NCBI RefSeq assembly: GCF_000008665.1
Contig: NC_000917.1
Coordinates: 1,320,001 to 1,352,000, forward strand
Direction: 5' to 3'
Length of the DNA: 32,000 nt
Origin: Archaeoglobus fulgidus DSM 4304
Lineage (GTDB): Archaea > Halobacteriota > Archaeoglobi > Archaeoglobales > Archaeoglobaceae
The first letter of the stretch is position 1; each line of letters starts with the position of its first letter. Positions 6,784-14,386 of this stretch are shown one piece after another. Both the position numbers and the translations under genes were made by a program. The notes below the pieces were generated by a model. The model had not been told where the DNA came from. It searched no databases and saw only the letters and a list, made by a program, of their open reading frames with translations.

Positions 6784-7443
6784 ATGAATCTGACCAGCTT
6801 CGAGGAGGCTGAGAGGAAGGTGCTGAAGTTGATCTTGCTGTCCAATCGAATGCTGAGGCATGACGTGATGAATGCCGTGACCTCTGCACTGCTTTTTCTG
6901 GAACTCTTCGAGAAGACGGGGAGGGAAGAGCACTTGGAAAGGGCGAAAGCATCCATAAACAGAGCAGTTTTTGCTGTGAGAAACTCCAAGTTCGTCGAAG
7001 AGCTTGCCATTGGAGAAGAGCCAAGATACATTAAGGTGGAGGAAATTGCGAGGGAAGTTGCGAGGAACTTCAGCATACCCGTTCTGGTTGAGGGGGAGTG
7101 CCAGGTATTTGGCGATAGGGGGATTTTCGGGGCGATATTCGAGAACCTGTTCCAGAACGCCGTCCAGCACTCAGGGACTGACAGAGTGGTGGTTAAGGTG
7201 GAGAGAAAGCGGGGGAAGTGCTTTATTAGAGTAAAGGACTACGGAAAGGGAATTCCTGACGAGATTAAGGACAAGATTTTCAGTGCAGGATTCAGCAGCG
7301 GAGACTCGGCAGGATCAGGAATGGGGCTGCACCTCGTTAAGGAGATTGTTGAAAGTATTGGAGGGAAAATATGGGTCGAGGATAACGAGCCGTGTGGGGC
7401 AGTATTCGTCATGGAGTTCCCGCGAAGGTTCTTCCTGAGTTAA
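6784..7443 (+). CDS. Minimal soluble histidine kinase with DHp and HATPase_c only. It has no sensor or TM domain.
   Basis: H-box LRHDVMNAVTSAL about 30 aa from the N-terminus. N box NLFQNAVQH, G1 DYGKGIP, G2 GSGMGLHLV. The ATG at 6784 is preferred over the TTG at 6772. Confidence 0.8.
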   Translation: MNLTSFEEAERKVLKLILLSNRMLRHDVMNAVTSALLFLELFEKTGREEHLERAKASINRAVFAVRNSKFVEELAIGEEPRYIKVEEIAREVARNFSIPVLVEGECQVFGDRGIFGAIFENLFQNAVQHSGTDRVVVKVERKRGKCFIRVKDYGKGIPDEIKDKIFSAGFSSGDSAGSGMGLHLVKEIVESIGGKIWVEDNEPCGAVFVMEFPRRFFLS

Positions 7444-7610
7444 AGCATTTTGGTTCAAACAATTCTGGTCTGTGCGGTTACGGCTTCAAGAGCTTCTCTG
7501 ACGAGAATTTCCAAGTTGCTCCTTTTCTCAGACTTCCGACAACCACAACCTTCGCCCTTTGCAGATAAAATCCTTTATTGTTTTCATCTATAATGAACTT
7601 AATCTGGAAA

Positions 7611-7653
7611 AATGGACCAAAAATGCACATCTTTCTTTCTCCCAGGTTATATA
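7611..7653 (+). promoter_or_regulatory. Copy 4 of the conserved box plus TTATATA box. Promoter of the surface-protein/ABC operon.
   Basis: AATGGAC-CAAAA-ATGCACATCTTTCTTTCTCCCAGGTTATATA. ATG 7675 lies 21 nt after the TATA, giving a near-leaderless transcript. Confidence 0.55.
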
Positions 7654-7674
7654 CTCCCCGCTGCCAGTTAAGGC

Positions 7675-9144
7675 ATGAGAGGAATTTGGATTGCTGGACT
7701 CGTAATGCTTCTCTTAATTGTCCCTTCGGTGGCGGAGGAAAACAGCAGCATTGCTATCCAGAACCTCAACGTGGAGCCGCAGAGGCTTTTCGTAGGAGAT
7801 TCCGCAATCGTTACCGTGACTCTCTACAACCCCCTCGAAAGCGCTGTTAAGGTCTCCTCAGTGAGCGTTTTGGGATCCGGTATATCCTACGACTCCTTCG
7901 AGCTCGGCTACATACCGCCGAAGTCCACTCACACCTTCAGCTTCGCCGTTAAAGCTGTAAAGGAAGGTGTGCACAACGTAGAGGTTGCGTTTTACACGGA
8001 AAGCGGTGCGGTGAGGAGCTACTTCACGCTTTTTGTTGAAAACAGGATGCCTGAAATCGCCTTTAGCGAGAACGTGAAGGTTGGGGAGGTCAACAACCTG
8101 AGCCTCATCATCTCCTCTCCCGTAGAGATAGAGAATGTCGTCATCGACCCCCTCTTCGAGTCAGAGCCCGACAGAATCATCCTTTCGTCGGTTTCGGGAA
8201 CCGCTGAAGTCCCCATCAGATTCTTCGGCGAGCGGAGCGATTACGAGTTCAGAGTCTCCTTCTACAGCGGCAACAACTACCACAGCTACACCGCTAAGCT
8301 CACACCTGCCTTTGAAGAGGGGAGTGAGCTTGCCGTGAGCGTCTCGGTTCCTCAGTCCTCGGCCTTCCTCTACGACGTGGTGGAGATTTCCGCAACAATC
8401 ACCAACCTGAAAGATGATGCTGTCAGCGCAATCAAATTCTCCGCCTCGTCGAACAACGGAAAGGTCCTGCTCTCCACCGACGAAATTGCTGAACTTGAAA
8501 GCGGCGAAAGCTCGGAAGTCACCCTCCTTTACTCCCCAGAACGGAGTGGGAGGGATGTGATAACCCTTGCAATCAGCTACAAAGACGGGATGGGAAAAGA
8601 GAGGACGCTGGAGAAGGCTGTAAACATCGATGTTCAGGACAGCTCCGCCGTCGACGTTTCGGGAGTTGAAATAGAGGCAAAGGCGACATCCTCAGCCTCC
8701 GCTCCGCCGAGGGGGATGTTTGGTCCCACATCAAGCTCGGTCTCAACGAGAGTGGAGATAACTGTAAGCGGCGAAGTTGTGAACAGGGGATTCAGCTACG
8801 CAAAGAACGTCCTCGTTTACCTTGACTTCGGAAGCGATACCGAGGAGTACTTTGTGGGAGAGGTGGAGCCCTCAGACTCGGACAGCTTCAGCATTCCCGC
8901 AAGCGGAAGTGAGAGGAGTGTTAAGGTTGTTGTGGAGTGGACCAACGAGCTTGGAGAGGTGCACAGCATTTCCAAGAGCTACCAGCTCAATCCCATAACG
9001 GTAAGCACAACATCACCACCGCAGCGCCAGAGCCTTCTGACACCTCTGAATCTGGCAGCAGTCGCAATTGCTGCCGTCGGTGGAGTTCTGGTTTTCAGAA
9101 AATGGAGGAGCAGGAGAAAGAATGAAAGTAATAGAGCTGGTTGA
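7675..9144 (+). CDS. Cell-surface protein with repeated beta-sandwich (CARDB/COG1361 S-layer-like) modules, an N-terminal signal peptide and a C-terminal TM anchor.
   Basis: Signal MRGIWIAGLVMLLLIVPSVAEE. Repeated segments of the type LFVGDSAIVTVTLYNP / YDVVEISATITNL. C-terminal LNLAAVAIAAVGGVLVF followed by RKWRSRRK. Confidence 0.7.
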   Translation: MRGIWIAGLVMLLLIVPSVAEENSSIAIQNLNVEPQRLFVGDSAIVTVTLYNPLESAVKVSSVSVLGSGISYDSFELGYIPPKSTHTFSFAVKAVKEGVHNVEVAFYTESGAVRSYFTLFVENRMPEIAFSENVKVGEVNNLSLIISSPVEIENVVIDPLFESEPDRIILSSVSGTAEVPIRFFGERSDYEFRVSFYSGNNYHSYTAKLTPAFEEGSELAVSVSVPQSSAFLYDVVEISATITNLKDDAVSAIKFSASSNNGKVLLSTDEIAELESGESSEVTLLYSPERSGRDVITLAISYKDGMGKERTLEKAVNIDVQDSSAVDVSGVEIEAKATSSASAPPRGMFGPTSSSVSTRVEITVSGEVVNRGFSYAKNVLVYLDFGSDTEEYFVGEVEPSDSDSFSIPASGSERSVKVVVEWTNELGEVHSISKSYQLNPITVSTTSPPQRQSLLTPLNLAAVAIAAVGGVLVFRKWRSRRKNESNRAG

Positions 9145-9802
9145 TGTTTACAAAATTTACAGGACTGCATACTACGAGGTCCACGCCCTCGATGGTGTGA
9201 GCATGGAGGTTGAAGCAGGGGAGTTCGTTGCGATAATGGGGCCGTCGGGCAGCGGCAAGTCAACGCTGCTCAACATGATAGGCTGCCTCGACAAACCGAC
9301 GAAGGGCGAGGTAATCATAAACGGAGTCAAAACGTCAGGGCTGAGCGACAGAGAGCTCACCAAGCTTCGCAGAGATTCGATTGGCTTCATCTTTCAGCAG
9401 TACAATTTGATACCTACTCTCACCGCCCTGGAGAATGTGGAGCTGCCGATGATTTTCCGCGGTGTTGCGAGGGCGGAGAGGGAGAGGAGGGCGAAAGAGC
9501 TTCTCAAAGTGGTGGGAATTGAGGAGCTTGCGGACAGAAGGCCAAGGGAGATGAGTGGAGGGCAGCAGCAGAGAGTGGCAATTGCAAGGGCTCTGGCAAA
9601 CAACCCGAAAATTTTGCTGTGTGATGAGCCCACTGGAAACCTCGACACCAAGTCTGGGAGGCAGGTTATGGGCATTCTCAAAAACCTGAATGAGGAGAAT
9701 GGGGTTACCGTCGTTCTCGTCACCCACGACCCATCTCTTTCGGAATACGCTGACAGAGTCATCAGAATCAGGGACGGGAAGGTGGTGGAGGATGTATATT
9801 GA
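9122..9802 (+). CDS. ABC transporter ATP-binding protein, MacB/LolD-like (COG1136).
   Basis: Walker A GPSGSGKST, Q-loop, signature MSGGQQQRVAIARAL, Walker B ILLCDEPTGNLD, H-loop VTHD. The true start is ATG 9122 (MKVIELVDVYKIY), overlapping the upstream gene by 23 nt. Confidence 0.9.
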   Translation: MKVIELVDVYKIYRTAYYEVHALDGVSMEVEAGEFVAIMGPSGSGKSTLLNMIGCLDKPTKGEVIINGVKTSGLSDRELTKLRRDSIGFIFQQYNLIPTLTALENVELPMIFRGVARAERERRAKELLKVVGIEELADRRPREMSGGQQQRVAIARALANNPKILLCDEPTGNLDTKSGRQVMGILKNLNEENGVTVVLVTHDPSLSEYADRVIRIRDGKVVEDVY

Positions 9803-10919
9803 GCTCGCCGTCAGAAACCTCGAGAGGGCGAGGGCGAGGAGTATTCTGGCCGTGGTCGGAATAATCATCGGAGTTGTGGCTGTAGCCTCCATCGGCATCT
9901 TCGGCAACGCGATGAAGCAGACCGTGCTGGAAAGGTTCGAGGATCAGGCGGATACCATAGTGATAACTCCGAGATACACAGAGGGTTATTCCGGGATAGA
10001 GGAGGACGATTTCGAGCTGATAAAGAGGGTTGAGAGAATAGAGTACGCCATTGCGGTAAAGGATGAGAGGGGGGAGGTCGAGTACGAGGACAGGAAAGCC
10101 TTCCTTACGGTTTACGGAGTGGACGGGGATGACCTTGAGCTGCTTTACGACGCCTACGAGGGCAGCATAAAGCTCAAGGGCACTGCGGTCGTGGGATACA
10201 GGCTTGCGGAGGACTTCGGGCTGGAGGTGGGGGACAAAATCTCTGTCGAGGGCAAAACGTTCAAGGTTGCAGCTATACTTGAGCAACAGGGGATGGGGGG
10301 AGGAATCAACCCGGACATGGCCGTTTTCATCTCAATGGAGGACTTCGACAGGCTCTACGATCAGGAGGGCTACACCTCGGTTATAGTGGAGGCGGAGAGT
10401 CTGGAATACATCGAAGCGATCGAGGAGGAAATTGACAGCACGCTGAACAAAAAGGATGAGAAGGTGGACATAAGAGACTTCGAATCGCTGATAGAGAGCG
10501 TTGAAGAGAGCCTGAACTCGATGACGCAGTTCCTGATGGCAATAGCCGCAGTATCGCTTCTCGTTGCTGGAGTGAGCATCCTGAACATCATGCTGATGTC
10601 AACGATCGAGAGGACGAAGGAGATTGGTGTTATGAGAGCCATAGGAGCGTTCAGAGAAAACATTATGATGATATTTCTGCTTGAAGCGCTGATTCTCGGA
10701 TTGACGGGCAGCGTTTTTGGGGCTGTTATGAGCGTTGCGGGCGGTTATGCTATAATCTCGATGATGGGTTTCTCCACAGCATACGTCCTCCATCCATCCT
10801 CCGCACTCTACATTGCAGAGGGCTTTGCGGTGGGAGTTCTTACAGCAGTTGCGAGCGGTCTTTACCCGGCATGGAAGGCGAGCAAGCTTGAGCCGATTGA
10901 GGCGCTGAGGTACGAATGA
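9792..10919 (+). CDS. ABC transporter permease of the FtsX/MacB type, with a large extracytoplasmic domain.
   Basis: TM1 (ILAVVGIIIGVVAVASIGIF), then an extracytoplasmic domain of about 220 aa, then three C-terminal TMs with the FtsX-type motif ERTKEIGVMRAIGA. ATG 9792 overlaps the ATPase gene by 11 nt. Confidence 0.85.
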   Translation: MYIELAVRNLERARARSILAVVGIIIGVVAVASIGIFGNAMKQTVLERFEDQADTIVITPRYTEGYSGIEEDDFELIKRVERIEYAIAVKDERGEVEYEDRKAFLTVYGVDGDDLELLYDAYEGSIKLKGTAVVGYRLAEDFGLEVGDKISVEGKTFKVAAILEQQGMGGGINPDMAVFISMEDFDRLYDQEGYTSVIVEAESLEYIEAIEEEIDSTLNKKDEKVDIRDFESLIESVEESLNSMTQFLMAIAAVSLLVAGVSILNIMLMSTIERTKEIGVMRAIGAFRENIMMIFLLEALILGLTGSVFGAVMSVAGGYAIISMMGFSTAYVLHPSSALYIAEGFAVGVLTAVASGLYPAWKASKLEPIEALRYE

Positions 10920-10988
10920 CCTTTGCCGGTATTTTTACCTTGAAAAGAGAGGAACTAATAAAAGCAGAGGGGGGTTGAAGACTACGGA

Positions 10989-12332
10989 ATGAAGAACGTG
11001 GAGGTTCTTACAGGAGACCCGAAAAAGGCCATTCTGAAGCTTTCGGCACCGATGGTAGTCAGCAACTTGATTTTCACTCTTTACAACCTCGTGGACGGCA
11101 TATGGGTGGCGGGACTCGGCCCGGATGCGCTCTCCGCTGTGGGCCTGTTCTTCCCCATTTTCTTCGTCTTCATCGCAATATCGTTCGGTCTGAGCGTTGG
11201 GGCAAATTCTGCGGTATCGAGAAGAATCGGCGCGAAGAGATACGATGCTGCATGCGTTGCCGCCACTCTCGCGGTGGCAATGGGGATCCTTGTATCGATT
11301 CCCATGACCCTGTCGGTAGTGTTCCTCAATGGTGTGATGGTGTTTCTCGGTGCGGACGGGGAGATTTTGAGGCTGGCCGTCGATTACGGAAGCATCATGG
11401 TTCTCGGAAGCGTTTTTCTGGTTTTCAGCAACGTTTCGGCAGGGATTCTCAACGGAGAGGGGAATGCGAGAATGGCCATGTATGCCAACGCTGCCGGAAG
11501 CCTTCTGAACATGGTTCTCGACCCCATTTTCATCTACCTGCTCGGCTACGGTATTGCGGGTGCGGCGATTGCAAGCGTAATTTCCATGGCTCTCTCCTCA
11601 ATCGTTTTCTCATTCTGGTTTTTGAGCGGGAGAAGCTACGTGAGGTTCAGGGTTGCGGGATGGAACTTGCCGACAGTGTTCGACCTTCTTAGAGTCGGCA
11701 TGCCGGCTTCTCTCTCGATGCTGACGATGTCTGTTGCCTTCATGCTGATAAACCGCGTCGTCATCGAAACGGGAGGAAGTGAGGGGCTGGCAGCATACAC
11801 GAGTGCGTGGAGGCTGATTCAGTTCGGCTTTGTCCCGCTTTTTGGAGTTAGTGCTGCTTTAACGGCAGTTTCAGGCGCAGCTTACGGGGCGAGAAATCCG
11901 AGGAAGATTGGTGAGTCCCTGAATTACACCGTGAAGCTTCTGCTGGCAGTTGATGCAGCGATACTCGCCTTAATGGTAGCTTTCGCCCCTCAGATAGCTC
12001 TGATTTTCACATACACCGAAGTTTCAGCCGTAATGTATGAGGAGATAGTCCGAACAATCAGGATTGCGGCATTCGTTCTGCTTTTCGCTCCGCTCGGAGT
12101 CTCCTCATCTGCCGTTTTTCAGGGGATGGGAAAGGGAGAGAGGAGCTTTGCGATAACCGTTTTGAGGGCGATTGTTTTTCAGGTATCGCTTTGCTACGTT
12201 CTCGCCGTGCCATTTGGATTCGACGGAGTTCTTCTTGGCTTCGTTCTGGGGGAGGCGCTTGGATGCTTTACAGGTTTCAGCTGGGTAAGATTGACTGTGA
12301 GAAGGCTCGAAAGATGTCTGCTGAGCACTTAA
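10989..12332 (+). CDS. MATE-family multidrug/oligosaccharidyl-lipid efflux transporter.
   Basis: 447 aa with about 12 TMs. The N-terminal LSAPMVVSNLIFTLYNLVDGIWVAGLGPDALSAVGL is typical of NorM/DinF-type MATE proteins. Confidence 0.8.
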   Translation: MKNVEVLTGDPKKAILKLSAPMVVSNLIFTLYNLVDGIWVAGLGPDALSAVGLFFPIFFVFIAISFGLSVGANSAVSRRIGAKRYDAACVAATLAVAMGILVSIPMTLSVVFLNGVMVFLGADGEILRLAVDYGSIMVLGSVFLVFSNVSAGILNGEGNARMAMYANAAGSLLNMVLDPIFIYLLGYGIAGAAIASVISMALSSIVFSFWFLSGRSYVRFRVAGWNLPTVFDLLRVGMPASLSMLTMSVAFMLINRVVIETGGSEGLAAYTSAWRLIQFGFVPLFGVSAALTAVSGAAYGARNPRKIGESLNYTVKLLLAVDAAILALMVAFAPQIALIFTYTEVSAVMYEEIVRTIRIAAFVLLFAPLGVSSSAVFQGMGKGERSFAITVLRAIVFQVSLCYVLAVPFGFDGVLLGFVLGEALGCFTGFSWVRLTVRRLERCLLST

Positions 12333-12421
12333 TATTCTCCCATTGCAATTACAACTCTTTTCGCAGTTGGATAGCGCTTGCAAGGCTGCGAGGGCACTTC
12401 TGGGCAAAAGCTCGATGGGGG

Positions 12422-13885
12422 CTATCTCTCCCACGTCTTCCTTAAAAACTCCCTTATCACTTCCGACTCAATCCATCCCCTGTCAAGGTCCCTGATGAGC
12501 TTCTCAATCCTCTTTACCTGCTCGATAATCTTCTTCCTGACTTTCTCGTCTTCAACCTCCATTTCTGTTATGAGCTGCAAGGCTGCGAGTGGATTGCGGA
12601 TGTGGTCAACGAGAATGGCGAACTGCTCGATGTTCCTCTCAATCTGCTCGTAGGCGAGAAACTTCTCCTCTTCGAGCTGAATGGCGTTCAGGGCAAAAGC
12701 CACGTCTGCTGAGAGCGTAGTTAGAATTTCAACCTCGTCTTCGGAGAAGGGTCTGTCCGAGTGGATTATAATGACTCCCTTAACCTTTTCATCGTAAACC
12801 ATGGGAATCGTGAGGGCATAAAAGCTGCCATGAACGCTGATGTGCTTGCAGCCCTTTATGTGCCTGTCAGGTTCAAGTCTCACGGTTCTCTTGCTTGTAA
12901 TGGCCTCCTTTACGCACTCAGAACCCTCAGCACCCTTTGGATAGAAGACCATCTCGCCATCCTTAGCCACTCCGACGAAAACTGAGGGGTAAAATTCCGA
13001 GAGCTTTTCCACTATTGCTTCAACAAGGTCGTCTGCATCCCTCTCTCTGACAAGAAGGTCGTTGATGTCGTTGACAATTCTCAAAAGCCTGTTCAGCCTT
13101 TTAATCTCCTCCTCATACTCCTTTCTCTTGGTTACATCTCTCGCTATCCCCTGAACCCCCACCAGCTTTCCATTCTCGTAAATCGGTCTTGTTTTCACTT
13201 CAAGCCACAGCAATCTTCCATCCTTGGTTTTGCATAGAACCTCGAAGGGCTCTTCATTTGGCTCGCTCTGAAGAGTTCTTTTCATTCTCTCTTTTACGAG
13301 TTCAGCAGAATCGCCTACCAGCACATCCCAGATGGTAAGCTTTCCAAGGTCTTCAAGAGAGTAGCCGAATCCCTCTATTGCTGCTCTGTTTACGGCTGTG
13401 AACCTCCCCTCAAGGTCGTGGACATAAAGAAAGTCATTGGCGTTTTCCCATAAGTCTCTATACCTTCTTTCACTTTCCTCAAGCTTTCTGTAGGCTTCTT
13501 CTATCTCTTTCTCCCTTTTCTTCTTCTCAATAGCGTTTTTCACAGCCAGCGGGAGGCGGCGAATGTGCTTGGGCGATTTTAGAACGTAGTCGTCGAATCC
13601 CTCTTTCATCGCCTCAACAGCAATTTCCTCATCGCCTGTCAGTGTGAGCATAATCACTGGCGTAAAGGGCGAAACCTGCTTTACAGCCTTTAAAACGTCG
13701 AAGCCTGTCCCCCACCTCAGCCTGTAGTCGGTGATGACAGCATCAAAGTTGAAGTTTTCGAGAGCTTTCTCCAGATCCTCTTTTGAGAGTATTTCAACCA
13801 CTTCCAAATCCGCAAACTCTTTTTTAAGCTCTCTCACAGCCAGAATTCTGTCATCCGGGTTGTCATCGGCTATAAGTATTCTCAT
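12422..13885 (-). CDS. Response-regulator receiver - PAS - GAF - DHp (H-box) protein lacking an ATPase domain.
   Basis: REC: MRILIADDNPDD, VITDYRL, MLTLTG, VLKSP. PAS: ENANDFLYVHDLEGRFTAVNRAA..GIARDVTKRK. A GAF-like region follows. The C-terminal H-box FAILVDHIRNPLAAL is followed by only about 55 aa. ATG 13885 (GGAGGT SD) is preferred over 13906. Confidence 0.8.
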   Translation of the reverse strand: MRILIADDNPDDRILAVRELKKEFADLEVVEILSKEDLEKALENFNFDAVITDYRLRWGTGFDVLKAVKQVSPFTPVIMLTLTGDEEIAVEAMKEGFDDYVLKSPKHIRRLPLAVKNAIEKKKREKEIEEAYRKLEESERRYRDLWENANDFLYVHDLEGRFTAVNRAAIEGFGYSLEDLGKLTIWDVLVGDSAELVKERMKRTLQSEPNEEPFEVLCKTKDGRLLWLEVKTRPIYENGKLVGVQGIARDVTKRKEYEEEIKRLNRLLRIVNDINDLLVRERDADDLVEAIVEKLSEFYPSVFVGVAKDGEMVFYPKGAEGSECVKEAITSKRTVRLEPDRHIKGCKHISVHGSFYALTIPMVYDEKVKGVIIIHSDRPFSEDEVEILTTLSADVAFALNAIQLEEEKFLAYEQIERNIEQFAILVDHIRNPLAALQLITEMEVEDEKVRKKIIEQVKRIEKLIRDLDRGWIESEVIREFLRKTWER

Positions 13886-13886
13886 C

Positions 13887-14288
13887 TCAAACCTCCGGTT
13901 TCTCATTAAGAATTAGCCAGTAAATATTCATATGTTTGGTGAGATTCAGTAAATCCTCAAAGCGGACAGGCTTCACAAGGTAGGAGTTTGCTCCGAGGTC
14001 GTAAGCTCTGTTTATGTCCTCTCCATTTCTTGATGAAGTTAAAACAACCACGGGAATCCTCTTCAGCCTTTCCTTCGATTTAACCCACTTCAGAACTTCA
14101 AAACCCGAAACCTTTGGAAGCTTTAAGTCAAGGAGAATCAGCACGGGCTTGTTTTCTTGCAGGTAGCTTATCGCCTCCTCCCCATCCTTCGCCACATCAA
14201 GGGGATTGATTATCTTGGCCTTCTCAAAAGCCCTCTTAATCATGAAAACATCGTCTGGATTATCCTCAACCAGCAGGATTCTGTCCAT
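13887..14288 (-). CDS. Single-domain CheY-like response regulator (Rcp1-like subfamily).
   Basis: MDRILLVEDNPDDVFMIKRAF...LILLDLKLPKVSGFEVL...RIPVVVLTSS...YLVKP...IYWLILNEKP. The track ORF extends 41 codons upstream, but MDRILLVED (ATG 14288) with an A/T-rich box about 45 nt upstream is the plausible start. Confidence 0.85.
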   Translation of the reverse strand: MDRILLVEDNPDDVFMIKRAFEKAKIINPLDVAKDGEEAISYLQENKPVLILLDLKLPKVSGFEVLKWVKSKERLKRIPVVVLTSSRNGEDINRAYDLGANSYLVKPVRFEDLLNLTKHMNIYWLILNEKPEV

Positions 14289-14386
14289 CTTCACACCTCT
14301 GATTATCCTGCGATTGACACTATCCCATTCAAAATTAAATATTTTTCGTGTGATTACCGCTGCTCCGCCAACATAATCAAAAACTT

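Noticed and set aside
7444-7610. A possible small Cys-rich ORF on the minus strand (MKTIKDFICK.. / ..GEGCGCRKSEKRSNLEILVREALEAVTAQTRIV) in the gap after the mini-kinase gene.
   Set aside because: The two parts are in different frames. The longer part has no plausible start codon, and I recognise no family. The region is more simply the 3' UTR and promoter-upstream DNA of box copy 4.
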